Source: Dimorphilus gyrociliatus
Lineage: Eukaryota > Animalia > Annelida
Assembly (NCBI GenBank): GCA_904063045.1
Contig: CAJFCJ010000011.1
Location: forward strand, 682,001-746,000
DNA length: 64,000 nucleotides
Direction: 5' to 3'
Part shown: positions 48,323 through 60,961 of the stretch, piece by piece
Layout of the letters: each line of letters opens with the position of its first letter
How positions within the stretch are numbered: the stretch's first letter is position 1
The notes under the pieces: model-generated
Databases searched by the model: none
Told to the model about the DNA's origin: nothing
Seen by the model: only the letters and a program-made list of their open reading frames with translations
Position numbers and translations under genes: made by a program

Positions 48323-49340
48323 TCATGCTATTTTCCATCTTTTCTTTTGTGGGCCTTTGTCAGATTCGGTACATGATCGCTTCCCAAGAGAGGATTCAAG
48401 CTGCTTAGAATTCAATTTTTCAAGGAGAGTATTAATTTGATCTTGTTGTTGTCGAACAGTAGATTCTAGTCGTCGAATTTGCTCTCTTTGTAATTTTACC
48501 TGTACCTTATTTTGTTGACATATGGAAGTAAAAGAGTTAACTTTAGCTCTAAGGGCTGCCACTGTAGTAGACCACCTTACGAGATGTTCATGATGATCGA
48601 AATAGTTCTCGCTGAAAGATTTCACCTCAGTGAGTGATGAGATGTCAATATTTCGTTTGAGTTCTAAAATTAATGAATTCAATTAGAAAAATATATTAAA
48701 GAACATTCCGCTTACTTGAAGATTCTGTGAGCAACTTTTTTTTGAGAAGAGGAACTATATGCTCATCAAAATGTTCCATTGCCATCGATGAAATATCTCT
48801 AAGCTCAGTAAGTATTTCATGTGATCGAGCTATTGGACGTGAACTATTAATACTGCATTCAATTTGGTCAAATACTGTATTAAATTCATCCAAAACCTAT
48901 TATCATATCAAAGTTATTTTTGTTTTGTATTCTTTAATACTAATAGCTTACTTTCCCAGCTATAAAGCAGCACTGATTTGCAGTAACATGCTTCATAATA
49001 GTCATATTTAATAAAGATATTCTAGTCTCAACAGCCGTTAATATTTCATTATGCCTGGACAATGCGTGATTTCTTCGCTCACTTTCCCGTCGTGGTAATA
49101 TACTCTTTATGCGATGAACCAAAGCAGAATGGCGTTTTGTAACCTGCTTGAAGCCAGCATTGAGGTGTTGCTGACCTATTACATTAAATTCTTTTGATAC
49201 CTGGGAAATGAAAACTATTAATATAATTGAATCGTGTTGCAAAATGTTCAACCAACCTGTCGGAGTCGAGCAGTTTCATCATACGTCATATAGCGAAGAA
49301 TTAATCGCTTGACATCCAAAGGTAATTCGTCGAATTTCAT
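48323..49340 (-). CDS. FBXO28: F-box only protein 28 (pallbearer-like), multi-exon
   Basis: F-box MKFDELPLDVKRLILRYMTYDETARLRQ, LPRRESERRNHALSRH, AVETRISLLNMT, ELRDISSMAMEHFDEHIVP, C-terminal coiled coil and basic NLS. Confidence 0.92.
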
Positions 49341-50467
49341 TTCTGAGAAGTTGAACATTACAAGCAATTGAATGCATTATTAAATATCTAATTTTCATTC
49401 AGAAAATAATCCTAATACGGAAACAACTTAAAACAAAAATCCTCCTTTATCGGCGAGGCTAAAATGTATAGTAAAATTAAAGATTAGAAGACCTTTCTGT
49501 GGTCTCGAAAAACTCATGAAAAACGTTTAAAAAAATGATCCAATATCAAAGTTTAATTTTGACGTTGAACAAATTTTGTCAATCATAATAAAGCGAATAA
49601 TTTGGAATTTCTTATAATCTTTTCTTCACGTTTGTAGGTTAGAAAAGAATACTTTTTGGTATATTGACTATAATAGTTATTTAAGATGATGTCTGTGATG
49701 TTTAATAATATTTATTTCTAATTGTTTCGATTTAACTGACCTTTTCAGTTCCGCCAAAAAGTGTTCGAACCAAAAGGTTATCCATACACAATTTATCGCT
49801 CTTGAGAATGTTATGATTTCACTACGCCATCTATGTTACATCGAAATGGTTCATTCTTTGGATATTCAACATTGAGTCTACCAAAATTTCACTTTTGTGT
49901 CATATTTAAAATTCATTTGAAGGTTATTAGAGCAATCAGATCAATTACTTTTCATAAGTGCTAATATTTTTATGATTTTTTTTATGATGACATTTTACTA
50001 AAATATAAATAAACTAATTAGAAAAAAGTCAATACTAACAGTCTGTTTACATCGGAAAAAGAGTAAGATTAAAGGGTTGTCTTTATCTATCTTGTTTAAT
50101 ATCTAAAGCGCGTTATTTCCTGTTAATGGGGATAAAATGAGGTACCGCTACCTCTTTGCTAATTATCTTAGTCGAACGTGAAAGCTAAGCTAATTGCAGA
50201 TCATAGTGTGATTAGACTGAAGCAGTCCTTGGTCATTCTTCTGATAGAACTTATGCATGAAAAATATACATTTTCCAATGTTCACTCTATGATATCAATA
50301 GATTATGATAATAGGTAGTTATCGGTTCCTGGTAATTCTTGTAACTTGTATAACTTCGAAGAATTTATATCTATTTGAACTAACAGTTATTATATTGAAA
50401 CTTGTCCCCTCTTAAATTATATTCCTTTTAAAATTGCTATTTAATTGTAAGTGCATAAGATATACTG

Positions 50468-50486
50468 TATATATATATATATATAT
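50468..50486. repeat. (TA)n microsatellite upstream of the globin gene
   Basis: Uninterrupted TA run of 19 bp; similar short TA runs near 21625-21640 and 56155-56170. Confidence 0.8.
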
Positions 50487-50583
50487 GTATAATAAGCAAC
50501 GGAATGACGTCAGATACCACCACCGCCACCGTCGCTCTGTGGTGCAAAAGCTAGTCATATAGACGTTGGATATTGAAGAAAAA

Positions 50584-51218
50584 ATGGGTTGCTCAGCGAC
50601 ATCATTAATCGTGGTTCCTAAACGGACGACAGAATCAGCCAATGTAGAAGTATTTACCGAAAGACAGAAAATTCTTGTAAGAAAAACATGGAAGTATCTC
50701 TCAAATGATCTGACTGGCTATGGAACAATGGTATTTCTGCGCATCTTTGAGCAGCATCCTCACGTAAAGAAACTTTTTCCTTCAATATGTAATGACGAGG
50801 GAGAAACCCTGCTTAAAAATCCGCTTTTCAAGGGTCATGCTTCCCGTTTCATGCAGGCTGTTGGTGCCGTCGTAGACAATCTAGATAATTTGGAAGAAGC
50901 TTTAGCACCACTCCTAATAGGTCTAGGTAGAAATCACATCAATTTTATGGGTTTTAGAAGCGAGTATTTTGAAGCCTTTACCCACGCAATGGTACATGTT
51001 TGGAAAGGTCAGCTAAAACAAAGGTTGGTGAGAGTCAGTTTTGTACACTTGATTAGCTCTTTCATCTTAATGTAATCAACAGATTTACTGATGAGGTAAA
51101 AGAAGCATGGATGTGCGTTTTCAATTTTATAATGCAAAAACTGCAAGAAGGCTATAAAATGGCGCTAGAAGAAAACGGAATGTCAGAAGAAATACAAGAA
51201 ATGTCCAGAGAATCTTAA
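50584..51218 (+). CDS. Globin X-like membrane-anchored globin (N-terminal MGC acylation motif), 2 exons
   Basis: Starts MGCSATS; CD1 Phe (KLFP), distal His (FKGHASRFM), proximal His (LGRNHINF); single intron 51024-51082; H-helix FTDEVKEAW. Confidence 0.87.
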
Positions 51219-51548
51219 GAACTGCCTGTTAACACAGAGAAAATCCGATTGTAATTTTGCGCTGATTGATAATATCGTTATCTATTTATAAGACTATCTC
51301 GTTAATATAATATTACATAGTATTTATTTGCATACAGATAATTTCATAAATACATTTAAAGTGTCATACAATATACTTTCATGCGTATACGAATGTTTCA
51401 TGGTTAAAAGTTATTAACTTTAGATATAAAAGAGACTCGTATTTTGCATGCTTATAGAAGTAGTGAGCTACAGTGAATGGACGGAGAAGAAGCGGAGAAA
51501 GAAAGATATTTTGTTAATTACACAAGTGCATTTCAGAATAAATGACTA

Positions 51549-53133
51549 TTAAGTATTAGACTGCTGATTTCCAGAGGCAGGTCTGGTTTGTTGATGCATC
51601 AATACGGCGACTTTATTCACATACTCAATATCAGGTCTGCACTCTGGCTTAGGATTGATGCATTGGACCACCAATTGACGAAGATCATCTGAAAAGTAGT
51701 CAGACGGGAGCGGTGGATAATCACAATTTTCAATTTTCTGGCATAGAGCATACAAATTCATTTGATCACCATAGAATGGCGATTGTAGGGCAGCCATTTC
51801 ATACAGTAAACATCCAAGTGACCAAATATCCGACTTGAAATTGTACCCATTCTCATGAATACGTTCTGGAGACATATAATAAGGGGTTCCAACTAAAGAC
51901 CTGGCCTCAAAAGTGCTTGAACCGAAAAATCGCCCCAAACCTAAATCTCCTAATTTAACAATACCACCTTCCGTTATGAACACGTTAGCTGGTTTAATAT
52001 CTCGATGCATTATACGTCTTAAATGCATGTGCTCTAGACCGGCACAGATTTGAACAAAATATCGCCATATGGTTTTCTCAGGTATTAGACGATTTTGTTT
52101 TCGAAAATGTTTGATCATACGGGAAAGATCACCAGCAGCTGCTAATTCTAAAACAATATTCAACTCGTTATTTTCGATAAAGGAAGCAATGTATTTGATA
52201 ACATTCGGATGATCCAGATTCTAAAAAGGAAAAAATAGATTTATAAAAAATGATGAATTATTCAAGTCACAAACCTTAAGAAGATCAATTTCGTTAATAC
52301 AATCCTGTCTGGCTTTCGCATCTACCATTTCAAATATCTGTGATAGATACATAAGCTTTAAGAAAATAATTCCAAGAATAAGTTTTTGTGCTTCACACAG
52401 AAAGGTAAATCAATTAATAGTGACTGCAGGCAGGATGGGCAGCAAGCAATTAAAATAATATTTTAGTCTTTACTAATAAAAGGAGCTGGTTTGCTGTACA
52501 TGCTTTACATGCATTAAAAACAAAGAAAACCAAAACGAAATCATGAAAATATCCGATTTGACAATTGATGTGTTGTTTATAAACGCACCTTAACTTTTTT
52601 CAAAGCCACAACACTACTTTCACGTAGGCTCTTTGCTTTGAAAACCTCGGAAAATTGTCCTCTACCGATTTTCCTCTCAATCTCGATGTTGGCTAAACAA
52701 CCAACAGGATTATCTGGATTAGGTGCGGCAAGTAAATCGCTCTGAATTTCCGCCATCGTCAACCTGCAGTCACGTTTGTTATGAAAATAGACAGAAATAA
52801 AGCGTTATGCATTATAAGCTTATCAAAGACACGAAAGCGACAAAAAGTTGATATGGCTATAGACTTATAATTTCGAACCTGCACTTTCTTAAGTGCGACT
52901 TTTCGATTATCCACGTTGCAGACAGCTTTATGAACCACGCTAAATTGTCCTCGTCCTATCTTCTTTTCAATTGTAAAATTTGCAAGGGTGCAATAAGTTT
53001 TTTCCACATTAGGAGGTGAAAGTACTGGAATCGCTGGTGGAGGCATCAATTTTGAATCAGCAGTTTCCATTCCGGACGATGTCGGTGCGGTCAAAGTGTT
53101 GGAACCATCGCATTCCATCGTACTCGACATCAT
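51549..53133 (-). CDS. NEK6/7: NIMA-related kinase NEK6/7 with two alternative N-terminal coding exons
   Basis: [70 protein letters not shown]. Confidence 0.95.
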
Positions 53134-53645
53134 TTTACCTTTTTTATCTCTTTTAACAAACACGCAATGAGTTAAGTTAGGACAACCTACTCGATGTTTG
53201 CGATGTGTCTTAGAATAAGGAATGATATATCAATGTCTTGCTGATAGAGATGTTGCCAGGGGAGACGATTGTTAATAATGTGCAAAATTGCGAAATTACG
53301 CTATGACATTCGATTAATGTGTGATAAACTAAATCACAGGTATGTAAACTTCTTTTCCTACCTATATATAATCTTTAAATATATCATATTTTCAACAAAT
53401 TACTTAATATACATACCGACTAGACGAAGCCAATGTTTGCTTCTTTAATCATAATTTTCATTACTAAATTACGTTGATTGGTTCACCTGCTGTATTTGAT
53501 TGGGAAATTTCCTCCCCCTTTTATGCCATGGCGCTCCTTTAGAAACTGGTATTTTTTTTCGAAAAACACTCTTCATAATATTTCTTCAGGAACATAAACG
53601 TGTTCCATTTGGTTTCTCCTTGCTGTTTATATAATTGTATTACAA

Positions 53646-54965
53646 ATGAAGAGCGTAAGTGTTGATCCCAAAGTAAAAATAATTATTGACGAAATAATAC
53701 ATCACAAACGTAACCGTTTTGGATTAATTGTTGGATATGTAAGTTGAAAGTTAATACAATTTAAGTTTACATATGTTATAACAAAGATGAACTCTGACTG
53801 TAGAATTTGAATAATAAATTTTTTATTGTTCACGTACTCGAATGTCCGGATATTTTGGACGAAGCAGATGATAGCGAAAAATTAACTGAATTAGAGAAGC
53901 TACGATCTCTACTAGATGATGTAATACGACTCCTTCCTGGTGGTTTGAATATTCTTGGTGCATTCTCGACAAGTACAGAAAACCAATTACAGGTTAAATT
54001 TGTTCAGTAACTGACTTTTATAGAACCAACTATATATATAGGTCTAACCCACAGTTTCTAAACCTAATCAACAAGCAATTAACGGCTATTGACTCTTCAT
54101 TCAACTACGATTTACTTTTTCTTCATGTATCATTAAAAAGTAGCAAGTTGGTTTTACTATAAATTTTCTCTGAATTGTTCCCAAATAAAGTTTCATAAAT
54201 AGGTACAATGCAAAATTATTTTCAAATGGCAATCTTTCGCTAGTTGACTGGAGGGAAGAGAACAAAGCCTTTGAATACCTTGAGTTTACCAGCACCCTAA
54301 ATCTGCAATTAAACCTTAATAAGAAAGAGAAAACTTACAAGCAAGTAAAAACTTGGCTGAAAAATTTCAACCCGAAGTTTCTTGTCGACGGTCAAAACGA
54401 AAGAGGTCTAATAACCAAAAGTACGAATATCGTAAAAGAACTTGATATTTTAACGAAAATGTCTGAAGAATGTATTAGTAATCATTCCAGCTTAAGAGGA
54501 TATGTAAAACTAAGAGCAATTCTGCCAATGCTAAAAAATCTAACTTACGAGCATGTTTTCGAAGCTCTCTGCCAAGATGCGAATAGGACAGTAATGGCTA
54601 GGATTAACATTCTGATTGAGAATGAACAAATTGATAATAAATTTGAAAGTTGTGAAGGACATTGTGTACCACTTCCTCGAAGAGCAATGTTTTCCATAAA
54701 CTCGTCATCTGTTAGATTTTCTACTTATTTGTGTGTAGGGGAAAATGAATCAGATATACCATCGGCAGTCAATGGAGTTATTGCTGGTGAGAATATTGTT
54801 GAAGCAGAAATAAATCTTGAAAAATTAGAAATCTTGAACGACTCACAATTTGAAGAAGCTAAAATAAAGACTGTCAAAGGGAGTGAAAAAACGTTAATCA
54901 TTGGTCTTTTAGTTTGCTTACTAGCTATTCTTTTATCCATTCTAATTAATCTTGTTCAAAGGTAA
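53646..54965 (+). CDS. ODR4: ODR-4 homolog (GPCR maturation factor, tail-anchored), multi-exon
   Basis: N-terminal FGLIVGY, LDDVIRLLPGGLNILGAF, PLPRRAMF...RFSTYLCVGE, and a C-terminal TM helix LIIGLLVCLLAILLSILINLV. Confidence 0.75.
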
Positions 54966-55190
54966 ATGTTAATTATATTCTGAATCAGTTATTTCAAATA
55001 TAAGTTGCCACAAATGACATTCATGCAAAAAACCTGTGTTTTGATTCTAAAAATGAATTTTTCACGTTTGAATTTTCCGCCAGGCGAAACCGGAAAACTC
55101 TACGTGAGCGATAATCAGAAATCAATTTCCGCCTCGGCGTTTTACCATCGTTTGTTGCATATAAAGATAATTTTAAGTAACAAAGGTAAA

Positions 55191-58100
55191 ATGAATCTGG
55201 AAAGAGAAGTATCTGTTAGTATTAAATTAAGCTAGAACAAGTTATTTGAAATTTTAAACGTTTCTATAATAGGACTGTGGGTTTTCCTTCGTTTTAAAAT
55301 TACGCGTGTCTCCCGCTTCGGAAGAAACCAGTGAGCAAACTAAAAAACGATTAAACCTCGTTGCTACTTCAAAATATGGTTTGATATTCGTAGCATGTGA
55401 AAAAGGTTATATGTAATATTACCAATGTATATTCTGAATATTAATTTATTTGTTTATCAGGGCTTAAAACGCTGGAAACCAAAGATGTTGTTTCAAGGTC
55501 TCAGGAATTGAATAAAGCAGCTTTCTCTACTCTCGTAGAAGATATTCAGTTTAAGCACGTTTTAGAGTTTTCTAGCACACCGGTTCATGTGTCTTTGAAT
55601 GCAAACCAAACAATTTTATCAGTTGTTGTTGCAAAGAACAATTTCTACTTTGCATTATTATTTGATGTTCATTCTTTTGCGAAAGATGCCGTAAGTACTC
55701 TGTAATTGTCTCTCCGGCATGGTAAGAAAAGTAACATTTCAGAAAAATTTACCACAACCATTTGTTGAGGCGAAGTTAAGCGATGAACCTAATGAGGAAT
55801 TAATGGATTTAGCATGGAATCCTGGACTTGAAATGTTTAACCAGTTCGCATATTGCCTCAGCAGTGGACGGTGCAGAATTATGGAAATTTTAAAAGGAGA
55901 CGATATAAAGATAATAAGCTCGTTGACAGATAAGGAAAATTGTACTTGCTGTAAGTATATTTCTATAAATATCCCATTGGATGTTCTTAAATATTTTCTA
56001 TTGCTTAGTGTGTTGGAGCCCTAAAGGGAAGCAGCTTGTCGTTGGCAAAATGAATGGAACTTTAACTCAATATGATTGTCAGTTTACACTAAAAAGACAT
56101 TTGGATAAATCTCCTATGTTTTCTGATCCTGTTAAAAGTAGTATATATATTTAATATATATATATATATAATTTACATTTGATTAAACGACAGTAACTGA
56201 TGTGTTGTGGGTAAGCACGTATTGTTTTTTTGCTGCATATGAGTCTTTATCGGAACAGAACAATGAAATATCTATTGTATTGATAAACGCCCCTGTAAGA
56301 ATAAGTAGTCTTTATAAAATTTCTAATAATTATTCTTTATTTTATTCCTTTGTAGAAAAATCAAAATTTACAATATATTGATTATAAAGACGTCTGTTTT
56401 AACCTTAGTGATACGAGAATGGGAAAATATTACTTCAGACAAATTGCTTCTTGGTACGTTACTTTCTAATATAATATATTTCATATTTCTGTACAATTCA
56501 ATTTCAGGAATGGATTAATTTTAGCCATGTCGGCTGGTGGGTCTGACGTTGCTCTTCTTGGTAAAAGTACAGATCAAGTAAGTAAATAGACTTATATTAC
56601 TTCAACAATTAATACTTATATTGCAGAAAAACTGGGAGAAATATCGCTTCGAAGACAATTTTAGAGCTGAAACTCCTTTATCTTCAGCAAATAGCGATGA
56701 TACTTTTCCAATTGGAATGGATTTGGACTTTACTAGCACAGAAAAATTCCTTCTAGGTTCGTTTACTAGTGTTAATTAAATATCTACAGTGTCATACTTT
56801 TCAAGATAAGGGAGTTGAACATCCAGCCGTTCCAATTGTCACAATACTAACGACAGATTGGGTCTTAACGACCTTTCGTATTTTCTATGAAAATCAGCCT
56901 TCTATTGTGCAGCAAGAAGAGCTGTTGGAATCTTCAAAGGCTAGAAAAATTAAATCACTTGATCTTGGTTAGAGCACATCCGTATAAGAATTGAAAATTA
57001 AAAAATAATCGTAACTTTCAGCTTCATCCTCGAGTATTAACCCCGTATTATCCAATTACTCTTCAGCTTCATTACCAGTCTTTAATGAAACTAAGAAAAT
57101 TGATTCAGTAAAAAGTGCAACCCATACAACGGCACAGGAATCGCAAAAGCAAGCTATTCAGCCTTTAGGTGAAGCAACATATGCCCCGAATCGATCTCCT
57201 GCAGGTAATTCTTACTTTTTCACATATGTACATCAAAATTTTTAATCATTTAGTGGCTCGAACTCTAAAATTTGGGGATTCTCGAAATGAAGTCATACAT
57301 CCGCAAACAACTTCACTACCAACAAAAAGTAAAGTAATATAAAATAATCTTAGCAGTTTTACAGGTTTATGACTTTTCAGCTACTCGAAAGTCAACTGAG
57401 ACAAATAATGCTCTTCAAACAAAATTTAAAATATTTCAGTGCGAAGTAATGTAATAAGTTATTAAAACTATTGATCGTTCAGTAATTTGTCATGCAGCTT
57501 TCGGAGTGCAATAAGAAAATTCACAAAATTTACGATGACGTTATGAACTCTCCTATTAATGTAGTCACTACTGATAGAATGAATAATTTGCTGACAAAAA
57601 TCGATGATACAAACGATTTTATAACAGATTTTAAAAAAAAGATAAAGGTAAAAATCATGTATTTAAAGATACGGAGATAAATACTCTTTGTGTAACGATT
57701 TATAGAAGCAGAAACAAATAATGGAAGACTTTGATATGGAATATCAGCAGAATATCACCAGCTACAAGTATATAACTTGGAAAGTGGAAAATTACCAAAG
57801 TCCAAAAATTCTTGAGCAGATGTCTTTAAGAGTAAGAAATATACCTTATATATCTCCTTTTATTTGATTAATTAATTTCCAGCCCCTTGAACCTGTACTG
57901 AAACAGAAATGGGTAGAAGTTCAGTCAAAAGAATGGGATATAAGACAAAAAATCGAAACACTTCATAGTATAGTTTCAACAAAAGAGTCATTAGACAAAA
58001 AGTAAAGATATCTAATTACATATTTATCCAGATTGTCTGACTTTTTTTAACAGTAAAACTAAAACAATTCATTCGGACTTGATAATATCCACTTTGGCGA

Positions 58101-60376
58101 GCCATAGAAAGACGATTGACACTTTTAAGCTTCAACTCGACAATCTGGCGAAAGATTTTGAGCGTTTTATAGTTAGGTATGAAATACGTCAAAGTATAAC
58201 TGCAACTAAGAGAGTATATAAATGTCGTTATTTTAAATTAGACATGCAGTTAGAAACAACTTGGAAAACAAAGAGTTAAAGAGGGAGAAACATAAGCTAA
58301 TGAAGAATAGTCTGATCTCACGAAAGATTAACAAAGTAGAGTGTTTGTCTCAATCAACTTTTACTCTAGCGGAAACGTCTATAAAATTGAATAAATTGCA
58401 AGAATCGGAAATAATAAAAACGGCAAACAATTCAGCTTTAGAGAGCTCAAGGGATGCTCAATTTGGAGCACCGGTGGCACATTCTACTCCCTTCGTAAAA
58501 ACTGACGATGGGAAAAAAGGAAAGATCTTCGGGTCATCCGCTACTTTTATTAAACCTCAACCAACATTGGGTCAGAATTTGCCAAAACCAAATTTAAGCA
58601 CTTTCAGAGTAACAATTAAAGAAGACTCCAAACCTCTAAATGCTGACCAAATGAAAACATTTTCCAACGTAATTCCCATAAAAGTTAAGGAAGCGGAATT
58701 AAAAGAAGCAAGTGACGGATCATCTATACCTAATCCTAATCAGATAACCACTGATCAAAAATCAGTTTCGAATATTCAAAAGGAGAAACCTCAACAATCT
58801 TCTCAAATTGCTTCAGTCTTCAAAACTGACAAACTTGAAACAGTTAATATTACAGACTCATGCTTTAAACTGCCAACGGCTGTTTCGACACAGTCAAAAG
58901 TAATGTTGGAGCCGAACACTCTAAGCGCTGAATCAAAAAACGAAGATCTAGCACTGAAAACAGCTGATTCAGATTTTAAATTTTCTGTCCCCAGAAAGCC
59001 CGATTCAAATCCTCCTTTGAACTCAGCTGAAAATAGTAACATCAAGTCAGGAGCACCCGTGACAGGATCTCTATTTTCGTCAAAAATAAACCCGTCTGTT
59101 ATTCAAAAAACTTTGGCAGATAATTCATCAGCTTTTACATTTACGACAAGTAAAGCAGCCTCAGTAGATACCAATTTTACAATCTCAAGTATAATTTCAT
59201 CTACTTCAGCCAGCAGCACAAGCATGAGTAGCTTGGTGTCTGCTACAAATGCTCCGATAAGCAAACCGACGCAAAATATTGAAACATCCAAATCAGAAAC
59301 AAAAGTTCCTTCTTTTAGTTTTCCACACTCTACACAATTATTATTTAAGACAAAAGCAGATGCAATGATAGCAACATCAAGTACAGATGTTAACACATCG
59401 ACTTTTGACCAAAAAACGGCTTTTAGTTTGCCTAAATCTACAGAGGCCCTATTCAATCCCTCAAATAATATTGGATCAATAAGTTAGTACATAGTTTTGT
59501 ATAAAAAAAATTATATGACTTTTTGTTCATTAAGGTACAGTTGTTGGTGAAACAACGAAAACATCTATGGGTATTGCGTCAACAGACCAGAAACCACTAT
59601 TTTCGACAGCTATTACAAGTAGTTCAAGTGTATTTGGAAGTCAGATTTCAGCTGCTCCCTTCAGGTACAACAAGATTAACAACAAATACTTAAAATTATT
59701 TAAAATTTTTTTGTAGCTCTCATCAAACAAGAAATAATACTTTTGGCTCTGGGTAACATACAATATTTACTTTTAAAAATAAATCCAATAATGTTTTTCA
59801 GAGGATTTATGAGTGGTTTAGGGAAACCAAATCAATTGAATGAAAACAATACAAATGTTTTTGGAACAACAAACTTCCCTAATACTGGTTCTCAAAGTTA
59901 GACTTTAGTGTTTTAAATATTGTTTGTAATATCTTTTTTCTTAGGCAATATATTTGACTCTAAACCAACGGTATCAACTTCGACTTTCGGAGGAGGGCAG
60001 TTTACTAGCGGATCTACAAATGTTGCAAAAAGTGGATTTGGTGATTTTGCAATGACGTCTAATAGTGGAGCTTTCGGATCAACCTCAACTTTTGGTTCCT
60101 CCCCCGCCTTTGGTGGCGGACCCACTTTTGGGGGATCATCAGGATTAGCTGGGCTAAGTTCGAATACAAATACAACCATTTTCGGAAGTTCAACAGCTTC
60201 TACTGGATTTGGTGCTATTGCATCAAGTAGTACGCCAACTTTTGGAAATCTTGCTCAGCAAGGATCTCTGTTTGACTCTTCCAAGCCAACGTTAGTATCG
60301 CTAATTTCCCAAAATATCATTTATTTTACCAGAGGTTTTTTTCAGGGGCGTGTCTTTCACAGCATATAGGAGTTAA
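55191..60376 (+). CDS. NUP214: Nucleoporin NUP214 (beta-propeller, coiled coil, S/T-rich region, FG repeats), many exons
   Basis: [50 protein letters not shown], and C-terminal FG repeats ([15 protein letters not shown]) ending SFTAYRS*. Confidence 0.88.
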
Positions 60377-60961
60377 TTTTTCTTATTGTCATAGTCTTTA
60401 ACCAGGCATAGTAGTCAGTAAACCTAGTATTTGCAGTTTATTATGCAAAAAAATAAAATAAATCCTAATTGAGAAAAGAAATTTCGACAATAAGTACATA
60501 GCCATTATAAGTAAATGCACAAATTACGTTTGATACGATTTCATGCTAAACAAAAAATACTGCAATGGTAAGGAAAACATATAAATTTACTGTATATACA
60601 GCGTATACATGGGACAATTATATACAGTATACAGTCTATTCATATCGAATCCCTAGGGAGTGCTAGTAAAAGCAACGTTTTCAAGATGAGTCGTTGCAGC
60701 AGCAGTTGAGCGAGTATTTTGCCAAGGAGAACCTGACGCAAAAAAAAATCGAAATCACAATCACAATAAATTTTTTTGGAATAAAAGCGTATTCTACATA
60801 ATGGCGCGACGCCCAAAACTTGTCTTAGTAACTTATAGACGTTCCTTATAATTTTGCAACGGACGCCTAAGACGTCTGTAATCAGAACGCAACATCGATC
60901 GCGGCCAATTTGAGGCGTCAGCGCAATCAAGCGACTGCAGTAGGGCGTCATTAGCCTGTCG

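Noticed and set aside
51470-51500. Possible miR-184 gene
   Set aside because: The match ends at 11 nt and no complementary arm is visible.
58261-60290. Low-complexity S/T-rich and FG-rich stretch as a repeat element
   Set aside because: Normal NUP214 coding sequence.
60862-60878. Dpp/Mad-Medea silencer element (GRCGNC-N5-GTCT)
   Set aside because: The spacing is six nucleotides, not the required five.
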